A DNA stretch of 64,000 nt, taken from assembly GCA_964593675.1 (NCBI GenBank), contig CAZQIE010000005.1, positions 4,994 to 68,993 of the forward strand, written 5' to 3'. Shown piece after piece: positions 9,740 through 20,319 of this stretch. The notes under the pieces were generated by a model. It worked only from the letters and a program-made list of their open reading frames with translations. It had not been told where the DNA came from and searched no databases. Each line of letters begins with the position of its first letter. Positions within the stretch are counted from its first letter, which is position 1. The position numbers and the translations under genes were made by a program. The stretch comes from an uncultured Opitutales bacterium (lineage in GTDB: Bacteria > Verrucomicrobiota > Verrucomicrobiia > Opitutales > CAZQIE01).

Positions 9740-10067
9740 GGGGCCGAGGATGCCACCCCGCCCTCTCCTCGCAAGAAAGGAATTGCGCCCCCCCACCGGC
9801 GCACTCCAAACCGGCGGGTCCAGCTTGGGGGCAGGATGCCCCGGTCATGCGGCCCAAAGTTTTCCCACGTCTTCAGGTGAGGTATCCTGGGCCTGACGAA
9901 TCCGCGCGATGCCTGTCGCCATTACGATAACGCCCGGTACGTTTACACTTTTGCCCTTTTTCGTTTGCCAAATCGCAAAGCCTTCCCAAAGTGTCCCTCC
10001 GTCGGTCGCCAACAGCGTCGACAGCGCGAGCCGGTGCTCCCTGAACGAGCCGGCCTCGGCACCTCAA

Positions 10068-10141
10068 GCGGGCGTAGTATAGAGGTAATACGTGAGCTTC
10101 CCAAGCTTGAATCGAGGGTTCGATTCCCTCCGCCCGCACCA
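10068..10141 (+). tRNA. tRNA-Gly (CCC)
   Basis: gcgggcgtagtatagaggtaatacgtgagcttcccaagcttgaatcgagggttcgattccctccgcccgcacca: acceptor stem gcgggcg/cgcccgc, anticodon loop ttCCCaa, T-loop ggttcgatt, encoded CCA end. Confidence 0.97.
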
Positions 10142-10213
10142 GTTTTTTAATAGGCGCCGCTGACGCCCGCGCCCATATTTACGGGAGCCATGCCTGGACG
10201 CTCGCGCCCGGGC

Positions 10214-13200
10214 TTAAGGCGCGCTTACGCGAACCCGCAGGAAACGGCGTGGTGCGGCGGCCGAGATCGTCGCTGTATCAGACACCGTGACAGCTTGCCC
10301 GACTTGCCCCGGATTTGTGGCGATTTCGGTCCAAACGACCATATCCGTGGATGCCTCCACGACATAGGTGACGTCAGAGCGGGCTCGGACGAACGCAATC
10401 TGCAGTGCGGACGCAGACACCTGCACGGCTGGCCGTTGCGCGGACATCGACGACCCGGGATCCCCGTCGAGCGCATATTCCAGCAGGTTGGGGACACCGT
10501 CTCCATCGGGGTCTGCGGCGTCGGCCGCGTTTCCAGCGTTACTCGTAGTGCCGAAGTGGGTACGACGCCAATCTGCCTGGCCTGTCAGCGTCGTGGCAAA
10601 AACGGGACCGGCGTAGCCGGAACCTCCGGACGCGTTGACGGCGCAGACCCGGTAGAAGCGCGTGACTGCAGGACTGAGCGACGTGTCGCTGAAAGCCGTG
10701 CTGTTGGGCGCGAGCGTGGCCAACGTGGCCCAGCTTGAGCCTTCCGCGCTGTGCTCAACACGGTAGCCGGTTTCATTGGTGGCAAGGTCCGTCCAGGCGA
10801 GGTTTATCTGCGTGGACGAGGCGACGGTCGCAACGAGGTTGCCTGGCGCAATGTCCACCGGGTTCAGGGCGACCTGGGCGAACGTCGTGCCGACGCGGAC
10901 CTCGTCCATCATCAGCCCGCTGCCAGCACTGGAACCCTTCAACAGGAGGCCGTTGATGTAACGGGTGCCGGTACCGTCGCTCTGGGCCGCGTAGTTCGCT
11001 GTGCCAGAACCGGAGGGCTCGACTGTGGGAGGCGAAGCAAGCGGGTACACCCAGACGTCAGCCGCAATCGTGCCCGGCGTAGCGCCGCCCCACCCGTCAC
11101 TGGCAGTCCCGCTCGCGTTGGTGACGACAAAACGGGCGAGCACGTAGTAGTCAGTCCCCACGCTGATGGCGTTGGATGGGCTGAATGTGCCCGTGCCAGT
11201 AACCGCGCCGTTGCGGATCGCCACGAAGCGCCCGGAGGCGTCGGTGAGGCGCACGCCCGCAATGGGGGTACCGGAATCCCGGGCAAGATGGAGCCCGGGC
11301 TGGCCACCGATAGCCGGAACGCGGGCGGCGAAGGATAGCCAGATCGTCCGTGAGCCGTTGGCCGCCGGGTTGAGCGCCGCCTTAGCCGCGGAGGAAAGAG
11401 GAACGTAGAGGTCGGCTGTGGCTGAGGCCGTGGTCTGGAACTTCCCGCCAACCGCAGGAAGGCCACCCGCCTCCAGGTTGCCCGCCACTACGTTGGCGGC
11501 GAGCGAATTGGGGGTTGTCCAAGTGCCGTTCAGCCCCGTGCCCGTAGCCGTGCTGGAAACCAGGGACTGGCCCGTTGTGTAGTTGAAAGGCTCATACACG
11601 GTCGCGTTGCTCACACCGGGCGCCACCACAGCCAGCGTAAACGCACGCTGTACGCTCTGGGTGGAATCGTACCGCTCGATTACCAGCGAGGAAGTCTGAC
11701 TGGCCAAGCCGACAGGCGTGCCGGAAAGCAGACCTGTGGCGGTGTCGAGGGTCAATCCGGCAGGAAGAGGCCCACTCGTGGCTGCGAGGCGGTAGCGCAC
11801 CGCGGTGTCGCGCAGGCCAGCGATCCAGCGGGACTGTTCGAGCGTGTTCGGTTGCCCGGGTGTAACCTCCGCCGCGGAGGCCGTGGCCCGTCGCCAAGCG
11901 GCGGCGTTTTCCGCCACCGCCGAGGAGTCCCCGGTAAAAGCTAGGCTTTGGTTCGGAGCAAGGCCATCGGTCACATACACGTTCGGGCTGTCCGCGTTCA
12001 CCGTATTGCCAAAATAGCCCCACTGGATGCCGTCGAGCAGACCGCCGACCGAAGGGAAGTCGATGTCGTTGGCATTCCAGCGCGAGTCTGTAATGCGGAT
12101 GGCGTCGCTTTGGTAAAGGGAGCCCTGCCCCGGGTAGGCTTCGTAAAACCACGCGGTCGCGTTGCCAAGGTCCTGTCGGATATAGGCACCCGCATCGCTG
12201 GGTATGACGAGGCGTCCGTCACTCGCGTCGAAATCATCGGGCGGCAGCGCCGGGTCGCGGTGCGCCGCGTTGTAGAAAACGATCAGTGTGCCGGCGGGAA
12301 TATTTTGCCAGAGTGCGTCGCTGGTGAGGGCAATGGCGCCACCCGTGCTGGTTTGGAAGTAATAACGGCGCAGGTCCATCGGACGGAGCACCAGGAACTC
12401 AAACCATTCCGAAAGTCCGTCCGAACCCTGACTGATCTCCGTGATCATGACCTTGCGGTCTCCCGCAGATGCAGGAGCCGGCAATGAGAGGCCAGGCTGG
12501 TAACTGTATGCTTGACCGAGGACGGCGGTGGAGACGGGGCGCCGCCCCACCGCGATCGCGGGCGTGGCAACGGGCTCGCCGTCACCCGTGGCATCTTTGG
12601 GCGTGACGAGGCAGCGCCAATGTAGCCCCGCATAGGCATCGCCGGGCGTGATGCTCGCCGACGTCGCACCGGAACGGTCTGTCCATGAATTACCGCCGTC
12701 GCTGGAAGTCTGCCACTGGTAGGCGTAGGTAACGGGATCAGCCTCCGCGTCTGTCGCCGTCAGCCCCGTTACGGTCAGGCTCTCGTCGGCAAAAGATTCG
12801 CCGGTGGCGGAGAGACCTGCGGTGAGGATGCGGGGCGGCTGGTTCGTCACCGTCTGGTTGATGTGCAGCAGGATCGAGCCGAAATGGGTCCAGTCAAAGC
12901 CCATAACCATGATCTGATACCGGGTGCCCCGGGTGGCCGTGAAGGTCAATTGGGATTGACGGTAATAGGTGCTGTTCTCACTGCCGATGTCGTCGTTCCA
13001 GACGAGCGCAGTGAGGGCGTTGAGGGCGTTGCCGGAATATACGAAAAGGGCGGTGTCAAACGAGCTGTTGCGCGTATCAATGGTTACGGGACCATCAGCA
13101 GGTGCCGTCCATTGCCACCAAACGGTGCGGTTTTCGAGAATCGAAGGGTATGGCGTGAAAGCGCCGATCGTTTCGGTCGGGTATTCATGCTGGGCGCCGA

Positions 13201-16200
13201 TGTTGCTTCCCTCCGTGGAAATAGACGCACCGTAAAGTTTGATGCGGTCCGCGAAGTAGTCGTTTGTCATCGCCACAGGTGGCGGGAGGACACGCAGCTC
13301 GATATTGCCCGCCTGACCACTGAAGCCGTCCACGGCAATATAGTAGGTCTCGCCTGCAACAGCGGTGAAAGTGAGGAAGCTGAGGGGGCCAATGAAATCG
13401 TCGTTCGCACCGATCTTCGTCAGTGCGTTTACGGCAGAGCCCGTGTAAACGGCGAGAACCGAGTCAAAGTTCGAACCGTCGAGGGACAGCTGGTACGACT
13501 GCGATTGCGGCGCGGTCCACTTCCACCAGACCGAGTTGGAAGCTGGCACGTCCTCACGCGTGGTGTGGATGGGCTCACCGGGTTCGATTGTGGCACCGAA
13601 ATTGCGCCCGAAGACGACCGCAGGCAACGGGCCGGTAATTGTGACCGCGTCCGCGAAATTATCGTTGAGCGGCGGGCGGCCAATAGTCAGGCGAAGCGTG
13701 CCGCCCACAGCATCTTTCGCATCGACGGCGATAACATACGTCACCCCGGCGACGGCGCTAAAGGTCACACGGCTGGACGCAAAGGCGTTGTAATCGTCGT
13801 TCGCCGCAACGAGCGTGAGCGCATTAATTGACGAGCCCGTGTAAACCGCGAGAAGCGAATCGAAGTACGTGCCGCCGACCGTGGCAATGGAATAAACGGC
13901 GGATTGCGGGGCCGTCCAAGTGAACCAGATGGATGCGCCGCCAGGATGGCCCGCGTGGATGGGTTCACCGGACTCGCGGTTTGAGTTCAGGCTTGAGCCA
14001 TCCCAAGCCGCGGAGTCGCCGGAAAGCGCGATGGCGCTGGCGAAATCGTCGTTCGCGGGGGGGCGCGCGAAGCTCAGGAGGAGCCCGCCCAGGACCCCCG
14101 CCTTCGTGCCGACGGCGATGCGATAGGTCACGCCTTGGGTGACGTTGAAGCGCACGCGGCTGGTCAGCTTGCTTCCATCGTCATCGTTTGCGGCCACCGG
14201 CGTGAGCGCCTCCAGGGTGGTTCCCGTATACACGGCGAGGCTGGTATCGAGTGCGCCACCGCTTTCGAGTTCGCTGCCGTTGGTCGTGATGACAAACGCC
14301 CCGGTAAACGGAGCCGTGTAGGAAAACCAAAGCGTGCGGGCCGGTTCGACACCGGCGTGAGCAGGTTCTCCGGCTTCCACGGTCGAACCCTGGTTATAAG
14401 TAAAGAGCACCGCGCGCTCTCCGGTGATGCCAAGGGGTTCCGCAAAGTCGTCATTGGCGGGCGTGTTCTTGGTCGTCAGTAACGCCTTGCTGACATTTAC
14501 GCGACCGTTCGTCTGAACTTTGCCGAGATAGGCCGGCGCCACATCGACCGAGCGATGGATTCGGTTGATGATCTGGCGGTAGTTGTCGCTCGGAAAACGC
14601 TCGCGCAGCAGCGCTGCCAAGCCCGAAACATGCGGCGTAGCCATGCTCGTGCCATTTAGGAGCTGATAGGTCGAGTCTGTGTCCTTGTAACACGAAACGA
14701 TCCCACTGCCTGGAGCAGCCACATGGACGGACGCAAAGCCGTAGTTCGAGAAGCTTGACAGGCCTTCAAGACGGTTCATTGAGGCGACGGAAAGGACGTT
14801 TTCCGCGGCGTAGGAAGACGGATAAACCGGGCTGTCGTCGTTGTTGGAGGCCGAATTGCCCGCAGCGACAATGAAGAGAATATCAGCGTCACGCGCCGCG
14901 ATCAGGCTGTCGTAGAAAACCTCGGACGGATCACCGCCGCCCCAGGAGTTGCTGGTAATGCGAGCTCCCTGAAGCCGGGCGTAATCCAGGCACTCCAGAG
15001 CATCCGAGATGGCGCCCCCACCCTCTGCCGCAAGGAACTTCAGGCCCATCAGCCGCACCGTCCAGGCGACGCCCACACTGCCGAGGCCGTTGTCGCCGCG
15101 GGCACCGATCGTGCCTGCCACATGGGTGCCGTGGCCATTGTCGTCCATCGGATCTCCCGCGCCGCTTATGGCGTTGATGCCGTGCACGTCGTCCACGTAG
15201 CCGTTTCCATCGTCATCGACGCCATTCGTGCGTTTGTCGCGGCCAAGGGAGTCGAGGCCGGTCTCGCCGGGATTGGTCCACATGTTCCCGGCAAGGTCCT
15301 CGTGGGTGTGGCGTACGCCGGTGTCAATGATGCCTACCACGACGCTGTCTGCGGTGCGCTGGATGTCCCAGCCTTCGGGCGCGTCGATATCGGCATCCGC
15401 GGTTCCTCCGTCTTGACCGGTATTGTGCAGGCCCCACAAGGAGCCGTCGGCGTAAAGGGGGTCGTTGGGAACGGCAAAAGTATGCACCACGTAGTCGGGC
15501 TCGACGCGGCGAAGAAGCGACGGCGTTGCTTTCGCAAGGTTTGCGAGCTGTTCCACGGCCTCGGGCGCGGCGGAGAGGGTTGCCGCAGGGAGCCTGAGCC
15601 GGTACACCGCCAAGCGTGCTCACGCGTTTGTCGACGCTGCCACCCAGCCTCAGCGCGAGGTTGGCCGCATCCGCCGCGGTCGCTTCGGGACCAAGATTCA
15701 CGAGGATGCGGTCCGCCAGCATTTCGCGCGTGCGGACAACCTCATCGCCCGCCACGGCGCCTGCTGACGAGCCTTTTACGGGGCGCAGGGTCTCCTCTAT
15801 GCGGACGGGATAAGGAAGCGAGGCAGGCTGGATCAGGGTGACGCGACGAAATTCGCCTCCCGGGCCGCGACGGCTTTCACCGCGATCGATGACCGTCGCG
15901 CCGGGCCAGCGTGCCGGAGGCGTGACCTTGGCGAGCGCGGATGGTGCCAGCGGCACAAGCGACGGCTCAGGCGCCGGCTGCCCCGGGCTTTTCACCTGCG
16001 CAGGCTCGGCCGCGACGTACGCAGGCGGCGCAAGGTGTGACGGCAAACTTGCCAGAGCTGCATTCGCGGTCGAAGACCGTCTTGCATCAGGGGCCGCCTC
16101 CGCAGTGCGCGAGGCCGGAGTCTTGGACTTCCAGTCCTGCCCGAGCCAGAGGCTTACGGTAGCAAGGACGCCTAGAAGCAGAAACAGGGTAAAGAATCGG

Positions 16201-16211
16201 CTGTTCTTCAT
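10214..16211 (-). pseudogene. Large secreted S8 (subtilisin-like) peptidase, ~1,998 aa if joined; split by an apparent 1-bp frameshift at ~15611
   Basis: ORF 16211 supplies the N-terminal anchor/signal and propeptide up to …VDKRVSTL. ORF 15613..10214 continues AVYRLRLP… with the catalytic triad (IIDTG, HGTHVAG, GTSMATP). May be an intact gene with a sequencing error. Confidence 0.8.
12870..14460 (-). repeat. Four tandem ~130-aa PPC-like beta-domain repeats inside the S8 peptidase
   Basis: NDxFA starts at 14455, 14053, 13666 and 13264 (spacings 402, 387, 402 nt). Each repeat carries a W[FW]..TAP and a [LF]D....VY[TS]G motif. Confidence 0.8.
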
Positions 16212-16317
16212 GCAGGGTAGTTGCCGCGGTTAAACCGTCCAGGGGCGGACGGGAAGCAGGGCCGGGGCAACGGCTCCTATGAAATCCTGTTCGTGCGATC
16301 GGGACGAACGCCCACAC

Positions 16318-16333
16318 ATGTTACCGTGCACAT
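16318..16333. promoter_or_regulatory. Candidate LacI-family operator O1
   Basis: ATGTTACCGTGCACAT: imperfect palindrome with central CG, between the S8 gene and the divergent LacI gene. Confidence 0.5.
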
Positions 16334-16410
16334 CCAGTCCTACCCGCAGGCCAGACGGGAGAACGGCCCCAAACTCTCCCACAGATCAGGACCGAGTGAA
16401 GTGAGCCTCC

Positions 16411-16426
16411 ATGTTACCGCGCTCAT
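16411..16426. promoter_or_regulatory. Candidate LacI-family operator O2
   Basis: ATGTTACCGCGCTCAT: 14/16 identical to the site at 16318, 93 bp away. Confidence 0.5.
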
Positions 16427-16470
16427 TGGGCTCGCCAAACGTTGCTCGGATGTTTTAGCTAGGGCACCGG

Positions 16471-17538
16471 ATGCACCCCAATCCCCCCGACTCTGCCCCT
16501 ACCCTGGCGGAAGTTGCCGCCGAGGCGGGCGTATCGCGTATGACCGTTTCGCGCGTGCTGCGCAACTCCCCCAAGGTCCTGCCGGAGACTGCCGCCCGCG
16601 TGCGCGAAGCGATCGCCAAGGTTGGCTACCGGCCAGACGCCGAGATCAACCGGCTCATGTCATACCTTGGCCGCCATCAGGCACGGCGCGGCTATCGGCC
16701 TACGATCGCTTTCATCGACACCCTTGGCCGCCCTGGCGTCTCGAGCGCCCCCCTTACACTCGCCTCGGCAAGAGAGCGCGCCCATGAACTCGGCTACCAG
16801 ATTGAGGAATTCTGGGTTGGGCCGGATTACTTGAGTCCCGCCCGCCTCGCTACCATCCTCATCACCCGAAACATACAAGCCGTCATCGTCCCGCCCGTTC
16901 CCACAGGGGCACAGGATGGATTGTTGCCCTGGTCCCGCCTGGCCGCCGTAACTATCGGTTTTTCGCTGACGAGCCCCGTCCTGGACCGTGTGGACCAAAA
17001 CCACTATCACGCGGCCCTACTCGCCCTTCGACGCCTGGAGGCGCTCGGTTATCGGCGCATCGGCATGGTTGAAACGACGTTCACGGAAAGGTTTCTGGAG
17101 AACAACTATCTTGCCGGCTTGCTGGTTTACCAACACGCGCTCCCCTCACGCCGCAAGGTACCATCGTTGCTGGTAAACGAACTCGTTAAAGAGGACTTCC
17201 TTAGCTGGCTGAAACGACACAAGCCCGACGCCGTGCTCGGTTTGGATCCGCGGCTGCCGGAATGGATACGGGCGTCAGGCAGGCGCATCCCGCAAGACAT
17301 GGGCTACGCACGCCTGTTTGTGAAACCGGGCGAGACCGAACGCTCGGGCGTGCTCCTGAACGCCGCAGGCATTGGGCGCTCCGCCGTGGATCTGGTGGTG
17401 GGAAAGCTCCACCGGAACGAATTTGGACTTCCTGGCGAACCCCGCGTCACGCTGGTTGAGGGGACCTGGAACCCGGGATCCACCACACGGCAACAGGCTC
17501 CCGCTCCGCTCAAGCGAAAATCAGCCCGCCGATCCTGA
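16471..17538 (+). CDS. LacI-family transcriptional regulator
   Basis: HTH TLAEVAAEAGVSRMTVSRVLR, hinge VGYRPDA, periplasmic-binding-protein-like core. Confidence 0.93.
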   Translation: MHPNPPDSAPTLAEVAAEAGVSRMTVSRVLRNSPKVLPETAARVREAIAKVGYRPDAEINRLMSYLGRHQARRGYRPTIAFIDTLGRPGVSSAPLTLASARERAHELGYQIEEFWVGPDYLSPARLATILITRNIQAVIVPPVPTGAQDGLLPWSRLAAVTIGFSLTSPVLDRVDQNHYHAALLALRRLEALGYRRIGMVETTFTERFLENNYLAGLLVYQHALPSRRKVPSLLVNELVKEDFLSWLKRHKPDAVLGLDPRLPEWIRASGRRIPQDMGYARLFVKPGETERSGVLLNAAGIGRSAVDLVVGKLHRNEFGLPGEPRVTLVEGTWNPGSTTRQQAPAPLKRKSARRS

Positions 17539-18852
17539 AAACAACCTGCGGCGCAGGCCAAGGCACAGGAGCACGGAAGCGAGAGCGCAAGCTACGGGCG
17601 CACCAGCGGGCTCGGGAATCATCGCGAGCATAAGCTGCGCCGCGGCGAGTTCGATCCCGTTGTTCGCGTCGAACGTGTTCGCCATCAGGATGACCGCCTT
17701 CTTGTGCTGCGGCGAAAGCAGGAGGATCGACGCATAGCCCGACATCGCGCCGCTATGGCCGATAACGGAGCCGTCGCCAAGGGAATCGAAAAGGAACCAG
17801 AAGAAGCCGATATGCCCGACGTCCGACTCGGCGAGGGCAAGGCGCGACAATTCGATAGCCGCAAGCAGTTCCGGATCGACGGTTGTGAGCCCCACGTTCG
17901 CGGCCGCATACAGAAGCATGTCGTTCGTCGAGGAACGGATGGCTTCAGCCCCCGTGTAGATGCTTGAATCGTCGTCCGTACACTGGATCGCCGGGTTATA
18001 CGCGGGAATAAACGGCTTCGAGGGGCCAAACTGGTCATAGCCCTCCGCGTAGCGCGCCTGCATATCGGGCGTGTTTATGATGGCGGTACTGTCCATGCCC
18101 AGTTTGCCCGTGATGCGCGACGCCAGAAGGCTGCTGTATGTCTGGTTGTTCGCCTGCGTTGCAATCACCGCGGCGAGGCCGGCCCCGGTGTCGGAGTAAT
18201 GGAACGACTCTCCGGGCTTGTAGGGAAGCGGGTTTGCCGGGTTTGTCGGCGCGTAGTTGTTAAGAATGGTCGTGAGCTGGGGAATTCCCACCGTTGCGGG
18301 TGCCGTGTTCACGCCTACCCACTCGGCCAGCGTGGTTGCGGGCTCCTGCGGATAAGGCGGAGGCGGCCCATGGGGCAGTCCCGCGTGATGCGTGAGCAGG
18401 TTTTGCAGCGTGATCTGCGCCCCGTCGCGGCTCGGCATCGTGATCCCGGCCGGAACGTAGGGCTGGGCGAGCGTCCCGGGCGCACTCACCGGGCTCGGCA
18501 AGAGGCCCCGTGCCACGGAATCGGCGTACAAGATGCCCGTAAACGTCTTGGAGATGGACCCGATCTCGAACACCGTGTCCACCGTGGGCGCGGTTGTGCC
18601 CCCATACGTCGTCGAACCGTACCCACGGAACGTCCACCCGTTTGAATCGAGAAAGCCTGCGGAAATTCCCACATAACCTGTCGTGGCCTGCGGGCCAACA
18701 ACGGGGTAAACGATGGGCTGGATGATCGCGTCGATCTGCGCGGAGGTGAGGGAGGAGAACCCGCCCTCAACACCGGGAGGCCGGGTCACAGCCTCGGCGC
18801 ACGGAACTATGCCTGATAACAGCAGGAGCAGGATCGAAACAAACCGAAGCAT
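17521..18852 (-). CDS. Secreted serine hydrolase (beta-lactamase class C/PBP4-like) with C-terminal PEP-CTERM sorting signal
   Basis: Signal peptide MLRFVSILLLLLSGIVPCAEA. SxxK in FEIGSISKTF, LLTHHAGL, YSD, GHSG. C-terminus IPEPAGAPVACALASVLLCLGLRRR. Start chosen at ATG 18852. Confidence 0.85.
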   Translation of the reverse strand: MLRFVSILLLLLSGIVPCAEAVTRPPGVEGGFSSLTSAQIDAIIQPIVYPVVGPQATTGYVGISAGFLDSNGWTFRGYGSTTYGGTTAPTVDTVFEIGSISKTFTGILYADSVARGLLPSPVSAPGTLAQPYVPAGITMPSRDGAQITLQNLLTHHAGLPHGPPPPYPQEPATTLAEWVGVNTAPATVGIPQLTTILNNYAPTNPANPLPYKPGESFHYSDTGAGLAAVIATQANNQTYSSLLASRITGKLGMDSTAIINTPDMQARYAEGYDQFGPSKPFIPAYNPAIQCTDDDSSIYTGAEAIRSSTNDMLLYAAANVGLTTVDPELLAAIELSRLALAESDVGHIGFFWFLFDSLGDGSVIGHSGAMSGYASILLLSPQHKKAVILMANTFDANNGIELAAAQLMLAMIPEPAGAPVACALASVLLCLGLRRRLFSGSAG

Positions 18853-19034
18853 GACCCACCTTTCAAAGCCCATGCACCCGTTGGCAAGCGCCGTTTTCAG
18901 CCCCCACATGCGCACTGCAGCCATCCACCACGCGGAAACGTGAACAGACGACCGCGTAAACAGCCGCGACCCATTCAAGAGTTGAGCTGCGCACGCCAAA
19001 GCCTTACAAGTGGGACCATCCGAATCCTCCTGAA

Positions 19035-20084
19035 ATGAGCGCAGACAAACCCGCCCGGAAAGCCAAGGTGACATTGAAAGAGATCGCCAGGCAAGCGGGC
19101 GTCTCCCAGTCGAGCGTCAGCCTGGCCCTGCGAAACCGTCCCGGAATACCACCCGAAACACGCGATCGGGTGAAAGCCGTCGCCGAAACGCTCGGTTACC
19201 GACCCGACGCCCGCTTGGTGGAGCTGATGACGCAGATTCGGGCTGGGGCGAATACGCGCGCCCCCTGCAATATAGGCTGGATCGACACCTGGGGGCCCCA
19301 GGAATGGAAAAAGCCTTGGCACATCGGTTATTGGCAGGGCGCGAAGGACGCAGCCCAACGACTCGGCTATGAGCTCTCGCAAATCCCGTTGCGAGGCCCG
19401 GGGGCGCCTGACGCCCGTGTGCTTGCCCGGATGCTCAGGGCTAGGAATATCCGGGGTCTGATCGTCCCCCTGCACCTGGAGGGCACCGCCCTCGACGAGC
19501 TGAACCTCAGCGACTTCTCGGTCGTGCTCATCGGCAACGGCTGCAAAGCGCTCAGGTTCGACCGCGTCGTCCCCGACATGGTGGGAGGCATGCGTCTTGC
19601 GCTCGAAACCCTGGCTGACCTCGGGTACCGCAGACCCGGTATCTGGACCACGAGCTTTATTTCCCGGACGGCGGGGCGCACGGACCTCGCCGCATTCACG
19701 TGGTTTCAGCAGCGCCTGTTCCCTTCCCCCACCCCGCCTCCCCTGATCGAGGAGTCCGCGGAAGAACATTTGGTACCCTGGATTGAGAAGCACCAGCCCG
19801 ACGTGATTGTCGTCACCAGCAACCGCATCCCCGCTATCCTCAAAAAGGCCGGCATCCGCGTCCCGCAAGACATAGGGGTCGTGCACAGCAATTGGGCCGA
19901 GGACGTCGCGGACTGGGCCGGCATCCATTACTCTCATTCGCATATCGGCTGCTGCGCCGTAGAGCTCCTCGTCGCGCAGTTGCAGCAGGGCGTGACAGGC
20001 CCCCGCGAACTCGCACGCACAATAGCTATTGAAGGCAAATGGACGGACGGAAAGACCGTGCGCCGCCAGATGCCCAAGAAGTAA
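19035..20084 (+). CDS. LacI-family transcriptional regulator
   Basis: HTH TLKEIARQAGVSQSSVSLALR, LGYRPDA hinge. Confidence 0.93.
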   Translation: MSADKPARKAKVTLKEIARQAGVSQSSVSLALRNRPGIPPETRDRVKAVAETLGYRPDARLVELMTQIRAGANTRAPCNIGWIDTWGPQEWKKPWHIGYWQGAKDAAQRLGYELSQIPLRGPGAPDARVLARMLRARNIRGLIVPLHLEGTALDELNLSDFSVVLIGNGCKALRFDRVVPDMVGGMRLALETLADLGYRRPGIWTTSFISRTAGRTDLAAFTWFQQRLFPSPTPPPLIEESAEEHLVPWIEKHQPDVIVVTSNRIPAILKKAGIRVPQDIGVVHSNWAEDVADWAGIHYSHSHIGCCAVELLVAQLQQGVTGPRELARTIAIEGKWTDGKTVRRQMPKK

Positions 20085-20179
20085 GCACCCGCGCCCCAGT
20101 CAACTCCTGGGGCAGAAGCAAAAACACACCGGGAATCCGGTCAGGTGCCACGGCACACCGGCACAATAAGGGTTTCTCT

Positions 20180-20193
20180 TTGACCCGAATCAA
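20180..20193 (+). promoter_or_regulatory. FNR/DNR-type (CRP-FNR family) binding site upstream of hcp
   Basis: TTGAC-CCGA-ATCAA, one mismatch to TTGAT-N4-ATCAA. A second TTGAT half-site starts at 20214. Confidence 0.65.
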
Positions 20194-20319
20194 GAACTCC
20201 GGATTCGTAAATCTTGATTAAGCAGCGCCAACCCGCTTCTCTGGATGGCGCAGGGCGCAAAACCGGATGTCAGGCCGCCGCTCCGCCCACGGCTCCGTCA
20301 ACACCTACGATTCTAAAAA

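Noticed and set aside
15324-15611. C-terminal ~95 aa of the 295-aa ORF 15324..16211
   Set aside because: Out-of-frame read-through after the frameshift; it overlaps the true S8 frame and looks non-protein-like.
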